A stretch of 64,000 bases of DNA, from the NCBI RefSeq assembly GCF_009914755.1, contig NC_060935.1; one strand, 5' to 3'. Both the position numbers and the translations under genes were made by a program. Numbering within the stretch: position 1 is the first letter of the stretch; the number at the start of each line of letters is the position of its first letter. The DNA comes from the human T2T-CHM13v2.0 reference genome, Homo sapiens. A model generated the notes under the pieces. The model did no database searches. It saw only the letters and a program-made list of their open reading frames with translations, and had not been told where the DNA came from. Shown one piece after another: positions 39,851-56,132 of this stretch.

Positions 39851-41810
39851 CATCATGGGAAATGAAAGTATTTTATTAGACTTGCATACAGTAATGTTAT
39901 AATATATAATTTATTGTTTTAATATTGAATTACACATGAGGAAGAAGCACTGTTGACTTTTCATTACTTGGAGACCTTGAATTTTAAATTCAGCTCCAGT
40001 AGAAGTATTATTTATTAAGAAGTTGGGATTTGCATGAGTCTTTATTTGGAAGTTTCTCTTTTGTGCAGTATCTTATTTTGTTCCACTCTTTCCATGCACT
40101 CATTGTGACTTTACTTCTGTTTCTCAAATATGTCAAGCTTATCCTCATCACATGGCATTTGAAGCTGTTTCTTCAGTCTGAGAAGTTTCCCTCCATCTTC
40201 TTACATTATTCAATTAATTTAGCACCTACTTAATTCAAAACACCTTTCTGTATTTTTCTACCTTCAATCATTGCTGTTTTTTTTAAATTGGTACAGAATG
40301 TATTAATAAAATTTATACAGAAAGAAAATTATCAAGACTGTGAATGCAGCCAGTATTTAAATAAATAACAACAAAAACAAAAAAGAAAAAGAAAAGAAAC
40401 TTCATGCTGAATACAAACCACAAAGACGAATAGCACTGGTTTTTCAAAAAGCGTTTATCTAGACAATAAATTAAAATCCCAAAGAAGTTCTGGAAATTAT
40501 TTTCTTTCATGAGAAATAGTCTGTTCAACTTGATGAAATAAAGTGAAATGTAATGATATATGAAACATTTTACTAATTGGAAATCACTCACACATAGAGA
40601 AACAAATCAACATCACTTTGGGTATATGGTTTATACTCTTAGCTAACTTTCTCAAATAGAATTATTGATCTGCTTATTTTTTGATTTGTTTAGTTTATCT
40701 CAAGGTTGATAGCCTTTATCAAGATTGCCCCTCATTTCTGAAATACTCGATTTTTTAAAATTTTTACCTACTTCAATTATTTTATTCTTTTGTTTTTATT
40801 ATAGCATATTATCAAATAACTATATCTATTTTAATATCACCCTCTCTCTTTTTGAATACCCTGGTATTCAAGAGCTATATAGTACCTACCATCCCTACGA
40901 CCAATTATTTTAATGAAATAAGGTGCCTGGATGAAACTAATGATTTTACCAAGCCACCTGTACTCTTTTCTATCATTACTCACTGGATTCTTACCTTTGA
41001 ACTTTCTTTCTTCACCTGCTGTGCTAGCCCTGTTTTCCTCTAGCATGACTTTAATTCTGTAAAATTTTGATCTCTAAGTGTTAGATTCATGTTCAACACT
41101 GATGCAAAAAAAATGCTGTTTAAATGCATATTATCTTTATTTCGATATTCCTAAAGCTTGTCTTGCCTTATCTTTATAAACTTAGACACCTGCCTGGCTC
41201 TTAAATTTCTACTATCGGCACATCTATTCATGTAGGTATCCATGCATACAACCTGGTAATTATAAGTATCTCATCTCTTCTGTCTGCCTTGACTGCAAAT
41301 TGTTTCTAGTTTCTCAGACTTCTAGTTCTTACTCTCCTTTCCCCTAACCTATCTCTTACCCCTGTCTACTGTCTCTAATATATACTACATATTTAGGGAA
41401 TTTGTTGCAAAATTCAGCTGCTCGGGTATGTCTAGCCAATGGCCTCTTTTCCTACTACCCATCCAATAATTTGTGTAAACATATTTAACATCTTGTGAAA
41501 CTGATACATGAGCTATTTAACACATACATTCTGATTTATAGACTTAATCTGAGCTGGAGGATTTCTTCCAGAAACCAAAGTACAAGTGGAACCATAAGCC
41601 ACTGCACATGAATGAACCATGGCAAAGGAGTCAGATTCAAGAGTAGGAGTCCACAGTGGAGGCTGTGAATCAGAATGGAGTAATGATCCTGAGAACTGTG
41701 TGGATACTAGAAAGGAAACGATAAGGGGTATATGCATACATTTAAATGACTATGTTACTAAATCCTTGTACTCTACAAACTCAGATGAGCAGGAAATATT
41801 CCACAATTTA

Positions 41811-41890
41811 TTAGATTGGTGCAAAAGTAATTGCAGTTTTTGCTATTAAAAGCAATGGCAAAACCCGCAATTACTTTGGAACTAACCTAA
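41811..41890. mobile_element. MADE1 (Hsmar1-derived 80-bp MITE)
   Basis: ttagattggtgcaaaagtaattgcagtttttgc...gcaaaacccgcaattactttggaactaacctaa. 80 bp, near-palindromic, TA on both flanks. Confidence 0.97.
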
Positions 41891-42931
41891 TATTTTCTTT
41901 AATGACCCCTCTAAATATTTTCTATCAAGCCAGTAAGGAATTAATTTTCAGTCCCTATTGGGATTTCCTTTTTCCAATAAGGGTATTCTAGTGCATGTGC
42001 TTCCTGTCCTGTAACTAATCTTCCCTATGAAAAACAAACATAAAGCCTAAACTTCTGCTTAAATTAGGGAAAGACAAAACATGGAGAAAACATGCACAAT
42101 TTAATACTTTGCCTTTTTTAAAAAGTAAAGGCAATAGACTTCCATTTTTTGGGCCTTACTCTCCCTATTGAGAAATAGTGGTGTTGGTGGATGGCCAGAG
42201 GGAGGCTCCTCAGTAGAATTTGTCCCATAAATGTTGAAGAACCTAACTAAGTGGGTAATGGTTTTCCAGGGATCCCAAAGAAGTAACTCTTTCACCTTCT
42301 TTGTTAAACTATTTCCCTTGAAGAGGGTGATTTTTATTTATGCTGCTCCTTCAAACTTGGAACATATTTTCAATCTGTACAAGCCTCCTGAATGGTTAGG
42401 GAGTGAGGGAGGCTTTTAATCAATGAAGTCCACTTGAGTTTTAAATTTGTAATTTAAATTGGTCAGATGTGTAGGACCCCCCAGTGTGAATTTTAAGTCA
42501 TTTTCTTTTTCTAACAAAGTTGTCAGTGAAGCACTATTTAGGAGCATTAATGACATTGAAGTCTGAGCTTTTCTGGTGTTCGAAGAGTCACTAATATATT
42601 TTTGCTTTAGGTAATTTCCATCAATTCCCTTTTGGTACTGTGCCTTCAGTAATAGCGATAGGTGTTATAACCTGAATCGGGAGTTTAATTTCTGGGGGCC
42701 AGGTGGTGGGACTGCAATTCCATTAAGAGACCATTTCTATCAGAGGCAAAAGGCCGTCCTCACATATAATCTCAAGTTGCTGATGATTTTTCAAGATGGG
42801 ATAATAGGATTATTATTAATTTCTGGCTTGCTGAAAGCTTGGGCCACTGTCTGTCCTTCTTCAGAATTAAGTTCATTTATTTTTAGAGATTTGTAGAGTT
42901 AATGAATTATTAAAGTCACCTCTAAGCTTTA

Positions 42932-42969
42932 TACACACACAGACACAGACACACACATACACACAGAGA

Positions 42970-43001
<32 letters not shown>
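42932..43001. repeat. (CA)n microsatellite, partly compound
   Basis: Directly visible. Confidence 0.95.
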
Positions 43002-43003
<2 letters not shown>

Positions 43004-44464
43004 TAACATTTTGATGTTTTCTTACTTCTGCTGATCATCCTATATCTGTTCCAAGCTATTAAGGCCTTCTTGAAACAATGCGAAATTCCATCCATTCAAA
43101 ATCCTTTGCTATTCCCTAAATTGTAGTGGTGTAGATGTGGTAATGTTTCCATATACAGATACATGCTGTACACAGATTTTTAGCCATCCCAGACAGATTC
43201 CTTATGAACAGAGATGTGAGTCAAAAATATCTGGTGATCCAAAAATATCTATAGTGTTATTTTATTCAAATTACCTAAAATCCTCCTCTAGGACCATATC
43301 CCATCAAAAACTAGCAAAATTCTAATGATTTTCTAAAGCATCAAATTACATTTCTTATAATTTTGGGTGTCTTAGCACTACACCAACATACATGCAACAA
43401 CACACACAGACACACACACATACTAATAACAGACAACTGATAAAGTGGGCAACTATTTTGTTTACATTTTAAAAGATTCCGAAGAGCCATCATAACAGTA
43501 ATTGGAGGGAGATCTTCTGTGGCACAAAATTGAAATGGCAGAAGCCAGCTGTGGCAGAATCCAGATTCATGAGGCCAGAAGCAATGCATCCCAGAATGAT
43601 AATGAACACTCACCAATGATCTCTTAGTGGTTTAAGAAATACTCAAAATTTCTTTGTAAATGGCTGAAATTCCTACATAATCCCGTGAGATTTCGATCTA
43701 ACAAAATTTGTGTTTAACTATTGAAGTAAAATAACCTGATATTTTTGACTCATATTTCTGTTCTTGAGGAGGCTGCTAAAGTGAGAGCTTGTTTCTTTGT
43801 AAGTTGGAGTTCTGGAAACTTTTGCATTAATATGCATCATAAGTTGTTCATGGAGTTCTTAAATACATTACCTTAGGCAGATTTCTGAACTTTTGTAAGT
43901 CTCAATTTCTTCATTTCTTACAAAAATAAAAATAACTTGTGAAGTTCCCAGCACAGTTTCTACAGGTACTTAATAACTGTTAGTGCCTTCCCCTGCTTCT
44001 TCTTGTCATACACCAGGGCCATTACACCTTCAGGCTTTGGCTTCAGCTTTTTTCCTTTGTATTAATATTTTCCTTTCCTGTTCTGCTTTCCAACAATTCC
44101 AAGTTTATAAGCCCAGGTGGATTTTGCTTCATTTATTTTGTAAACTGTACTTCAGTAACATTACTCAGCTGATACTAACCAATGGGACCATAAACTATAC
44201 TCTTGAATAATAGGCAATTATGTTCAACCTGGCATCTTTTTATAGATTGCTTTCTATTTGAAGCATATTAGTTCATTCCTTGAGAGCTCATTAGCTAATT
44301 GACAGTAGGAATTTTATCTTCTGCTAAAGTGCCCAGCACAGAGATGAACATTTAGCAAAGAGCTTAAACACATATGGACACAACTACAAATACACACACA
44401 CAGAAACCAAAACAATACTTATTAGTTATATTCCATTCCATGTGCCTAAAGGGAGAAGGGGCAG

Positions 44465-45250
44465 TTGATTTTTGTTGAGTGCCTGTTCTATTACTGAGCT
44501 GGATAATTTGCATATGCTACATATTCAAATATTCCCAGTAATAAGGGAAAATAAGGTTTGAAGAAGCAGAAAATTAAAAATTTTAATTAGCTGGTAACCA
44601 AAGTCATATAGTATTTGTGAAGATTAATTTTAAATATCAACTTGACTAGGCCAGATATTTGGTCAAACATTTTTCTATGTTTCTGTAAAGATATTTTTAG
44701 TTGAGATAAACATTTAAATCAGTAGACTTTCAATAAAGCAGATTATTCTCCATAATGTGGGTAGGCCTCCTCCAATCAGTTGAAGGCTTTAATAGAAAAA
44801 TACTGAGGTCTCCTGAGGAAGAGGAAATTCTGCCAGCAGACTGCCTTTGGACTTGAATGAGAACTCTTCCCTATGTCTTCAGCCTACAGTCTACCTTGTG
44901 AATTTTGGATGTGCAAAGCCTTTGCAATTCCCTCGGCCAGTTCTTTAATATTTTTCTCTTCTCTCTTTCTCTCTATCTCTCTGTGTGTTTGTGTGTATGT
45001 GTGTGTATGAGTGTATATATAGATATATGTGTGTACACATGTTGTATATGTGTGTACACATGTTGTATATGTGTGTACACATGTTGTGTATGTGTGTATA
45101 TGTGTTTGTGTGTGTGTGTGCGTATGTGTATCTCCTGTTGGTTCCATTCTTCTGGAGAAAGCTAATAGAGTACTTTACCTGCAAAGAAGAGATTTGAACT
45201 GAAGTGTTTTTTGAAACCAAAGTTCAAGCTCTTTGCATTACACCTTCTGT
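44465..45250 (-). mobile_element. MIR interrupted by an MLT2 LTR
   Basis: MIR antisense ...ccaaagtcatatag before the LTR continues as gagatttgaactgaag...ccaaagttcaagctcttt after it. Confidence 0.5.
44616..45169 (+). mobile_element. MLT2D-like ERVL solo LTR containing an expanded TC/TG/TA repeat
   Basis: tgtgaagattaattttaaatatcaacttgactaggcc...ttctggagaaagctaataga. 5-bp TSD gtatt/gtact. Confidence 0.85.
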
Positions 45251-45989
45251 CATAGAGATTCCTTTAAAACATCTCATTATTTTGTGGGAGCTATGACTAC
45301 ACATAGCTATAATTTAAGAAGATACGTGTTAAAATACTTATCAATTTTAACAAAGGGGTCATAAGAAGAAAGGTTATTCAAAATTGGAGAATTCAGTAGA
45401 GAAGCCTCAATCTTAGATGGACTATGAAGAATGCTTAGGTTCACATATATGTAGAGAGAAATAATATTTCATTTGCAGGAAAACAGTGAGAAAAGATTAA
45501 ACGTGAAAATCTATAGATAATATTTAAGAAACTATGTATATGTCCTCATGCAAAGTGAAAGACAAATGAAAAAACATTTACTTTAGTGGGAAATAATGCT
45601 AGAATAATATTCAGTATTCTAGATGAAGGTCAATTGATACCTAAACTAAGAGATTTATAATAATCTCATAAGAAAGAGTTGAAGTGATTAATTTTTCATG
45701 AAAAATAATTCAGATGTCAACAATACCTTCACATTTATTCCTATATAATAAATCGTAGTAAATATTTATGTTTTGAATGATGCTGTATGCATTTTGACAG
45801 TTTTTATGCCTGCCACATTATTTGATAGGTAGCAAATAATCTAGTATCAGAAACTTTAATAAGTAATAGGGTTCAAGCTAGTTGGTGGGAAAAGAGCAAA
45901 AATATCAAAAATTTAAGTAACCTTTATTGGATTCTTTTTGCTACAATAGAAATACATGTTTAATGTGGAAAATTTAGAATTGTGTCAAA

Positions 45990-46980
45990 GGTTAGAATTA
46001 AGGTGCTAAGTCAGAATGGTAGTAGTAGTGGTGGGGAACAAAATATGTGGGGCCTTAGTGACAAATAAGGAGTTGGTTTTTATTCTAAGATGGTAAGCAC
46101 TTATCTGAGAATAGACTCTCAGTGGGACAAGTGAAGGAGCACAGAGGCCAGTTAGGAGGCTAGAGCAATATGACAGGCAAGAATAGATGATGTTGTCTTG
46201 GTCCATGGTGGTAGCAGGGGATATCTGTCATCATGTTCTGGATGTATTTTTTAAGTGGCTTTAATACTATTTTTTACCGAATTGAATGTTGGGAGTGAGA
46301 CAGATAAGTCACAGGAAACCATAAGATTTCTTTTTTTGGTCTGGGTAGTTAAAAGAAGTTTTCATTATACCCCCAAAAACAGGACTGTTGAGGGAAAAGC
46401 AGGCAGGTTTGGGGAAGGCAGAACATTCATGGATTTGATTTTGGATATGAATGTTTTGTATGTCTATAGCACATCCCAGTGTTAAGTAGGCACTTCCCTA
46501 TATAAGTCCGAATTCAGTGAAGAGATCCTATTTATACTAATTTGTGTGTCTTTAGCTTAGCTATGGCATTTATAGCCCATGAGATTAGTTGAGATAGTCT
46601 AGAGCATAAGAGTGAACAGAATAGGGATGAATTCCTCTAGCTGATACCTGGGGCATTCCTACTGCACCTACCGCTGGGGTTGAGGATGTGAGAAGAAAAT
46701 ACAATAGAGATTCAAAAGGAAAGCACACTGAGACAGAAAGAGGCACAAAAGTGATCCGTTCCCAGAAGGCAAGCGAAGAGTTTCAAGAAGAGAGTCTACA
46801 AATGTGTAGGATACTGCCCATGTGTTACGGTAAGATATGAACTGAAAAGTGACCATTGGTTTTAGTAGTCAAGAGGTCACTAGCAACTTTAACAAAATTT
46901 ATTTCAAAAGAGCAGTGTGGATAAAAGTGCAAATTATGTAAGTCTAAAAGAGTAGGAAAAATGTTATTGGACTATAGAAA
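45990..46980 (-). mobile_element. L2 fragment
   Basis: gaggccagttaggaggct...gaactgaaaagtgaccattggttttagtagtcaagaggtcactagcaacttt. Confidence 0.75.
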
Positions 46981-47377
46981 TTTAACAGTTAATTGGAGTT
47001 TGAATAAAGACTTTTAAACAATTATAATAATTTCTGGATATAATCTTATCTCTATTACTTAGTAATTACGTGTCGTTGAGCAAAATGTAGAAAGATATAC
47101 ATACAAAGAGGTCAGCGCCAAGACAGAAGCCAGACAATGCACACATCGTAACTGGAAGGATGACAATATATAGATACATAAGCCAGTTGGTAAGAACTTA
47201 AGAGAATTCCTTTCAGTGTCTACTTAATATTCAATAAAATATCCCTAATATTTGATTTACATAAATAATTTCATATTTTGCACTATTATAAAATGTTCTG
47301 TTAAATATTCTGTCAGCTAAAACTTTGTCCTCACCCTTAGTAATTTCCTAGAAGTGATGATTTAACTTATTAAACAA

Positions 47378-47817
47378 ATTTTTTTTTCTTTTTTCTTTTG
47401 TTTTGTTTGTTTGTTCATTTTGTTTTTCAGACAGGGTCTCACTCTCTGCCCAAACTCGAATGCAGTGGCACGCTCTCTGCTCACTGCAACTTCCACCCCT
47501 GGGCTCAAGAGTTTCTCTTGCCTCAGCCTCTGTTTCCCAGGCTGGAGCACAGTGGCGCGATCTCTGCTCACTGCAACCTCCGCCTCCTGAATTCAAGCCA
47601 TTCTCCTGCCTCAGCACTCCCACCCCCACCCCACCCACCCCTGAGTAGCTGGGATTACAGGCGTGCACCACGAGGCCTGGCTAATTTTTGTATTTTTAGT
47701 AGAGGCAGGGTTTCACCATCTTGGCCAGGCTGGTCTTGAGCTTCTGGCCTTAGGTGATCCACCCGCTTCGGCCTCCAAAAGTGCTGGGATTACAGGCATG
47801 AGCCACCGCGCCCGGCC
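47378..47817 (-). mobile_element. Composite Alu with a duplicated right-arm segment
   Basis: Two successive gcagtggc...ctcactgcaac...gcctcagc blocks (about 47428-47530 and 47528-47620), followed by a normal remainder. Confidence 0.92.
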
Positions 47818-48819
47818 TACTTTTTTTTTTTGTAACCTTTTGAATGTTAATATGAGTTGAGAATTTAGTGGAAAGATTTTTTCCAAAAAAATAAAGATGT
47901 TCCTTGGCATTTACCCTATTTTTTTCTCATTTTGTTTGGATACTTAGACTAAGTTCCTATAATAAACATAAAATGAGCCAAAAAACATAAGTTTTAAAAA
48001 TCTAGGCCGTACATAATCTTATTGCATTGAAAGCATAGTATGTTGCAGAAAAAATAAGGTTTATGATTCATCTGGACATCAGTTGTTTTATTGTGAAGTG
48101 GCAATTAACCATGCAAAAGAAAAGATGCTTTCATTGAAACATCTTTGTTTCTATTTTACACTGGTGTAATTAAGACTTTGGGCTTATTTGTGCCAACAGA
48201 GACTTTTGTTACAAGTTAAGACAAAAATTGGCAGTTTGTTAAAGATATGAAAATGATTAGAATTAGAATTATACACGATTTTATTACTTCAAGCACCATA
48301 AAACCCAGAAGGTTTAGAAACAGCTGTTTATATCCTGATGTAGTGATATCAAGATTTCAGCTTTTTAAAAATAGAGGTCTTTTTTTTTTAATAACTAGAG
48401 GTGCAGTGAATATTTTGGATCATTTCGGAAATAAACTGCAATTGAGGGATTGATCGCATGGTGATTTTGAACATTCAGAGGCTAGAGATCATAATCTCTT
48501 TAGATTGTAGGTACTTAAGAGGGTAGTATAAAAGGTAATAACATGAAAATTGGTAAAATAGTAGGCAAAATATTGTACAGTTCAGATCATAAAGAAATGC
48601 ATGCAGAGTAGATTAATACCTTGCTGAGTTTATAGATTACACAGGACATCTGAAAAGAAAACAAATGCGTGGTCTGAAAAGCGGGAGGAAATTGTCAGTG
48701 TTTGGAATTTAGTGACCAGCCTGCTTGTCCACTGGAGTTTGCTGTATCTAAGTGATATTTTCATCCTGTGACTTTTTACAATCCTTTACTATGTTTCTTA
48801 CCAATCTCTGGGATAAGGA

Positions 48820-49050
48820 CAGAAAAACTAACACTCTGTGAGTGCCTCTTAGATGTTGGGCATTTGGTAAGTGAGATACGAGTATGATAGCTCTGTTTTT
48901 CCCTAACTACTTCCTTCATTAAAGATTATCCTTGTTTTACAAATGAGGTTAGTGACACTCTGGAATATTAAAGCATTTGCCTACTGTTACAAAATTGCCA
49001 TTTGAACAAAGTTCTGTTGGACTTCAAAGTCGTTATTCATTTCTCTGAGG
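48820..49050 (-). mobile_element. MIR
   Basis: ttatccttgttttacaaatgagg core. Confidence 0.55.
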
Positions 49051-49299
49051 GATGAAGGCAAATATCTGAGAACTTAATATAATTGTTTAAAAGTTTCTAT
49101 CATTCCTGAAACAGAAATAGGTAACTCAAAATGAAGTTAAATCTATTAGTATCAGATTCTCAATGCTGCTTAGGAGTGTCTTAATTGTCTAGGACAAATA
49201 CATTGTCAAGTATTTACTGGTTACTAGATAATGTCAAAACAAGTATCTCCATTCTATCAATTTTCTAGTGCTATGTAATAAATTATCACAAATTTATAT

Positions 49300-52575
<3,276 letters not shown>

Positions 52576-52614
52576 AGAACTAGGATTTAAATCTTTTCAT
52601 ATTCTAAACATAAT

Positions 52615-53595
52615 TTTGGCAGCCCGTTCAAGCCTATGGAACTCACAATATATTTTTAAATACATAAAATATGCATAAGATGAAAAAAATTGATTTATTG
52701 AAATAAAATTATTAAAATATTTTTAAAATTGTGATGTTGTAATATATGTGCTTCTTTATTAGTGTATTGCATATAATATGGTAGGAAGGATTATAACATG
52801 GTCCCAAGAGTCCTGCACCCTGATATAAACCTGTTCTCCTTGAATATGAGCAGAATCTATGAAATATGATGAATGTCATTCCTGTGGTGTGATTAGATTG
52901 TGTTAGATTAGATTAGATTAGATGGCAAAGGTGAGAGGGAGTTTTGCAGTTGTAATTAGGTCCATAATCAGTTCACTTGGAGTAACGAAAAAGATCCTAG
53001 GTGGACCGGGTCTAATCAAACAAACCCTTTGAAAGAGGATCTAAAGTTCAGAGAGTGGAAGCAGCAGAGACACTCTCCTGCCAGCCTTAAAGAAGGAAGC
53101 GACCATGCATTCTACAACTGCAAGAAGGTGAATCGTGCCAATACCATGTGAACTTGGAAGAGGATCCAGAGGAACCTGGTTTGAAGGCAATCTTGTAAAC
53201 ATAGGACCCAGTAAAAGCGTGCCAGTCCATCTGACCCATGTAGTTTTAAACCAATAAGTTTGTAGTAAATGTGTTATGTAGCAAAAGAAATAAAATAATG
53301 GGGCTGACAACTTTCATGATTTTAATGTGCTGAGGAGTGTAAGCTACATTTCTAGATTATCTGCTACAACTATAATGTGATGTGAAAATATCTGTGTTTT
53401 TCTATTTGTAATGAAGTCACAAGAACTTTTACAATGACTTGTTTCTAGCATTTTTGATGGAAAAAAATACCAACTTTAGTTATAGATTAATAAAAATAAT
53501 GATATAATTTTTCTCCAACTGAATTCACTGATATCTTAAATTCTACCCATGGATTGCTTGGGGAGAGTGTCTGGATTAAAGCGAAGAACCCCTGA
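52615..53595. mobile_element. MER119-like hAT-Charlie DNA transposon split by an MLT1 LTR
   Basis: aagcctatgga...aatatatgtgcttctttatt, then caactataatgtgatgtgaaaatatctgtg...aagaacccctg. Confidence 0.7.
52777..53297 (+). mobile_element. MLT1E/F-like MaLR LTR with internal (ATTAG)n
   Basis: tatggtagg...ttctacaactgcaagaagg...aagtttgtagtaaatgtgttatgtagcaa. Confidence 0.75.
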
Positions 53596-54999
53596 TCATA
53601 AATGTTCTTCCTGAGTAAAAATGTGCATGAAATATTTTTAGAAAGACTTTGTGCAAACTGTCAGAAAATGCATTCACCGTAATCCTCAGTTACCCCAAAA
53701 CATTCGATTAAGCAGAGTTACCTTTTAGTTAGTATGTTTTTTTAACCTGCTGGATGCAATAGTGAAACAATTAGGTGATTTTTCCAAACCTTATTTTTTT
53801 TTTACTTAGACCACTTTCATAAAACAATGGGCTTCTTATGATAAAAGATATGAAATAATACTGCTTATATAATGACTTAAATTGCAAATTCATATGTTTG
53901 GGAGGTGTGGGTCATAGTTTTATCAGAAATCTTGACACTTAAAATCTATATTCTTGTTTCTTGGAGAAATGTATTTTCTGCATGGAAGAGAGCCGTACAT
54001 TGCTCAGTAATTTTACTCTCTCAAAAGAATTGAAGCCATATCGTTATGAAAGAAGTATATGACCTTTAGAGATAACATTGACTTTAGCTACCAATTCATA
54101 TATGTAGGTGGGTTTTAAACCAGAAATATTTGACATTGTTCTTTTTACATTTTTTTTTGAAACTTCATGCTCTAATACTCTAAAAATACAACATGTATTT
54201 TTACCTTATTTCTTCAGAAGTGTTCTTTTCTATCTATTAATACATTCAATAATAAAATGTTAAATACCAGGAGAAATGCATCTTGAGCTATTCTGCCTCA
54301 TTGCTATGTGATTGCTAATTGGAAAAAGAATCCAATGTTGGCATACAAGGTAGAACAAAACTTGGTGAGGATTGTGCCAACTTAGAAACGCACTCAGCAC
54401 CTGCTGCCTTTTTAAAACAATTATCATCTTTATTAGATTCTGTGGGATCTGTTCAATGGGCTGCAGACAGATGCTTGGATCAGATGTTGCACTTGCACAG
54501 CTGGGGCTGCAGAGTCAGCATGAACCTTTCTGCTCCATTCTTGTCTACTTGTCAGCAGCACAGTTGTAATTTTCAGTACATTGGATTTGAGTGTTTCTAG
54601 GACCACTGAGCTCAGTTTTTCTTTGTATTGAAATCCAATGTATTCTAGATATTCTGTTTCTTGGCTGATGAAATATAGGTTCAGATTTCCCTATGATTTG
54701 GGATTTAGCCATAACATTTTAAAATAAAGCTTTTATAAATATGGTGAAATAGTAACTATTCGTGAACCTAGGTAGAGGGCATTTGCAGATTCATTATACT
54801 GTTCTGTTGACTTTTCTTTGAAGTTGGTTAATAAATTAAAAAATAATGTTAATGCTCTTGAGAGAAAGAGTAATGCCTGAAGTAGACATATACCACAAAG
54901 GAGAGGGGAGGCAGCCTATTTCTCAGAGAAAACCTTAATTTATGGAATACCTGCTTTTTAATTCTCCACAGTAACTTAGGCAGATTTTCCACAATCACC

Positions 55000-56000
55000 A
55001 GATGCATTTGATAGTAAAGTGAGACAATGCCACCGACAGGCAAACAGGGAATTTCAAATCCTAAAGCAAGCAGAAAACCAACCATCACCAACAATTTCTG
55101 GGAAATTAAAATGAAAATTAGAACAATATGTGAGAAGCATCAACATGATAAACCAAAATATAAATACTTAAACAAGGAGTTAGTAAGCAAATAAGAGACA
55201 TTAAAACAAGCACTATTCTTAGCTTCAGAGGCATGAGAAAACATCACATTCATAAAACAAAACAGTTTTCTGTGAAAAAAAAATCAACAATTGTAGACCA
55301 CGAAAATTTCTTAAATAATTCTTTGAAAAATATGTAGAGAAATATTAAAAGGCCTACACTTAGATGTATAGATTTCAAAATAAATAGACTGTATAAACAT
55401 TTCTAAATAGCTAAAGGAATTATAATATGATTTACAAAATAATGTCCAAACTAATATCTCTCCCATTAATTAACAAAAATAAAAAATGTTTGAGATAAGT
55501 GATGGATATTGAAATCGAAACATCATTCTATAAAGTTTTCTGAAGAAAAACAGAGAAAAACAGATAATGAGGACATAAAATATTCCAAAAATAATGTTTT
55601 TAAAATTACTAATAATGAAGAAAAGGCTTAATCTTCATAAATTAAGAATTCATACACAGCTAAGCAAGATGATGATTATGACACATTTGTAGATAACAGG
55701 AAACATTTCTGAAAAATAAAATTATACAAAATCTTAAACATTTCTGGGAAAATAAAAACAAAGTGGCTTCAGGAAAAAATATTTAATTAAAATTATTTGT
55801 CAAAATGGTAATCCTTTGCAGAAGATAATGCTGAAGTATATGCAGTGGCAAGAAAAAATTATTTTTACCTGAAATTCTAAATCCACATCAAGATACAAGT
55901 GTGAGACAGTTAATCCTTTAAATAAATACAAAAAATTCATTAAAATGATTCAGTTGTTTAGAAAAATAGGAAAGGGAAAAATCATCTAAACTAAATAAAT
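55000..56000 (+). mobile_element. HAL1/L1ME ORF1-like ancient remnant
   Basis: Strong A-skew with degenerate ORF1-like motifs. The family call is weak. Confidence 0.45.
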
Positions 56001-56132
56001 AATAATAATATGAATAATAAATTTTTAGTTTTGCATTCCAAAGATAATCACTTTTAACATTTTGATGTATTTTATCTAGCCATCTACCTAAGCATATATT
56101 TATGATATTAGTAATTATATTTTATAGGTAAT

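Noticed and set aside
44884-45220. Four overlapping repetitive ORFs (CVYT/HTYT repeats)
   Set aside because: Translations of the TG/TA microsatellite and 21-bp VNTR.
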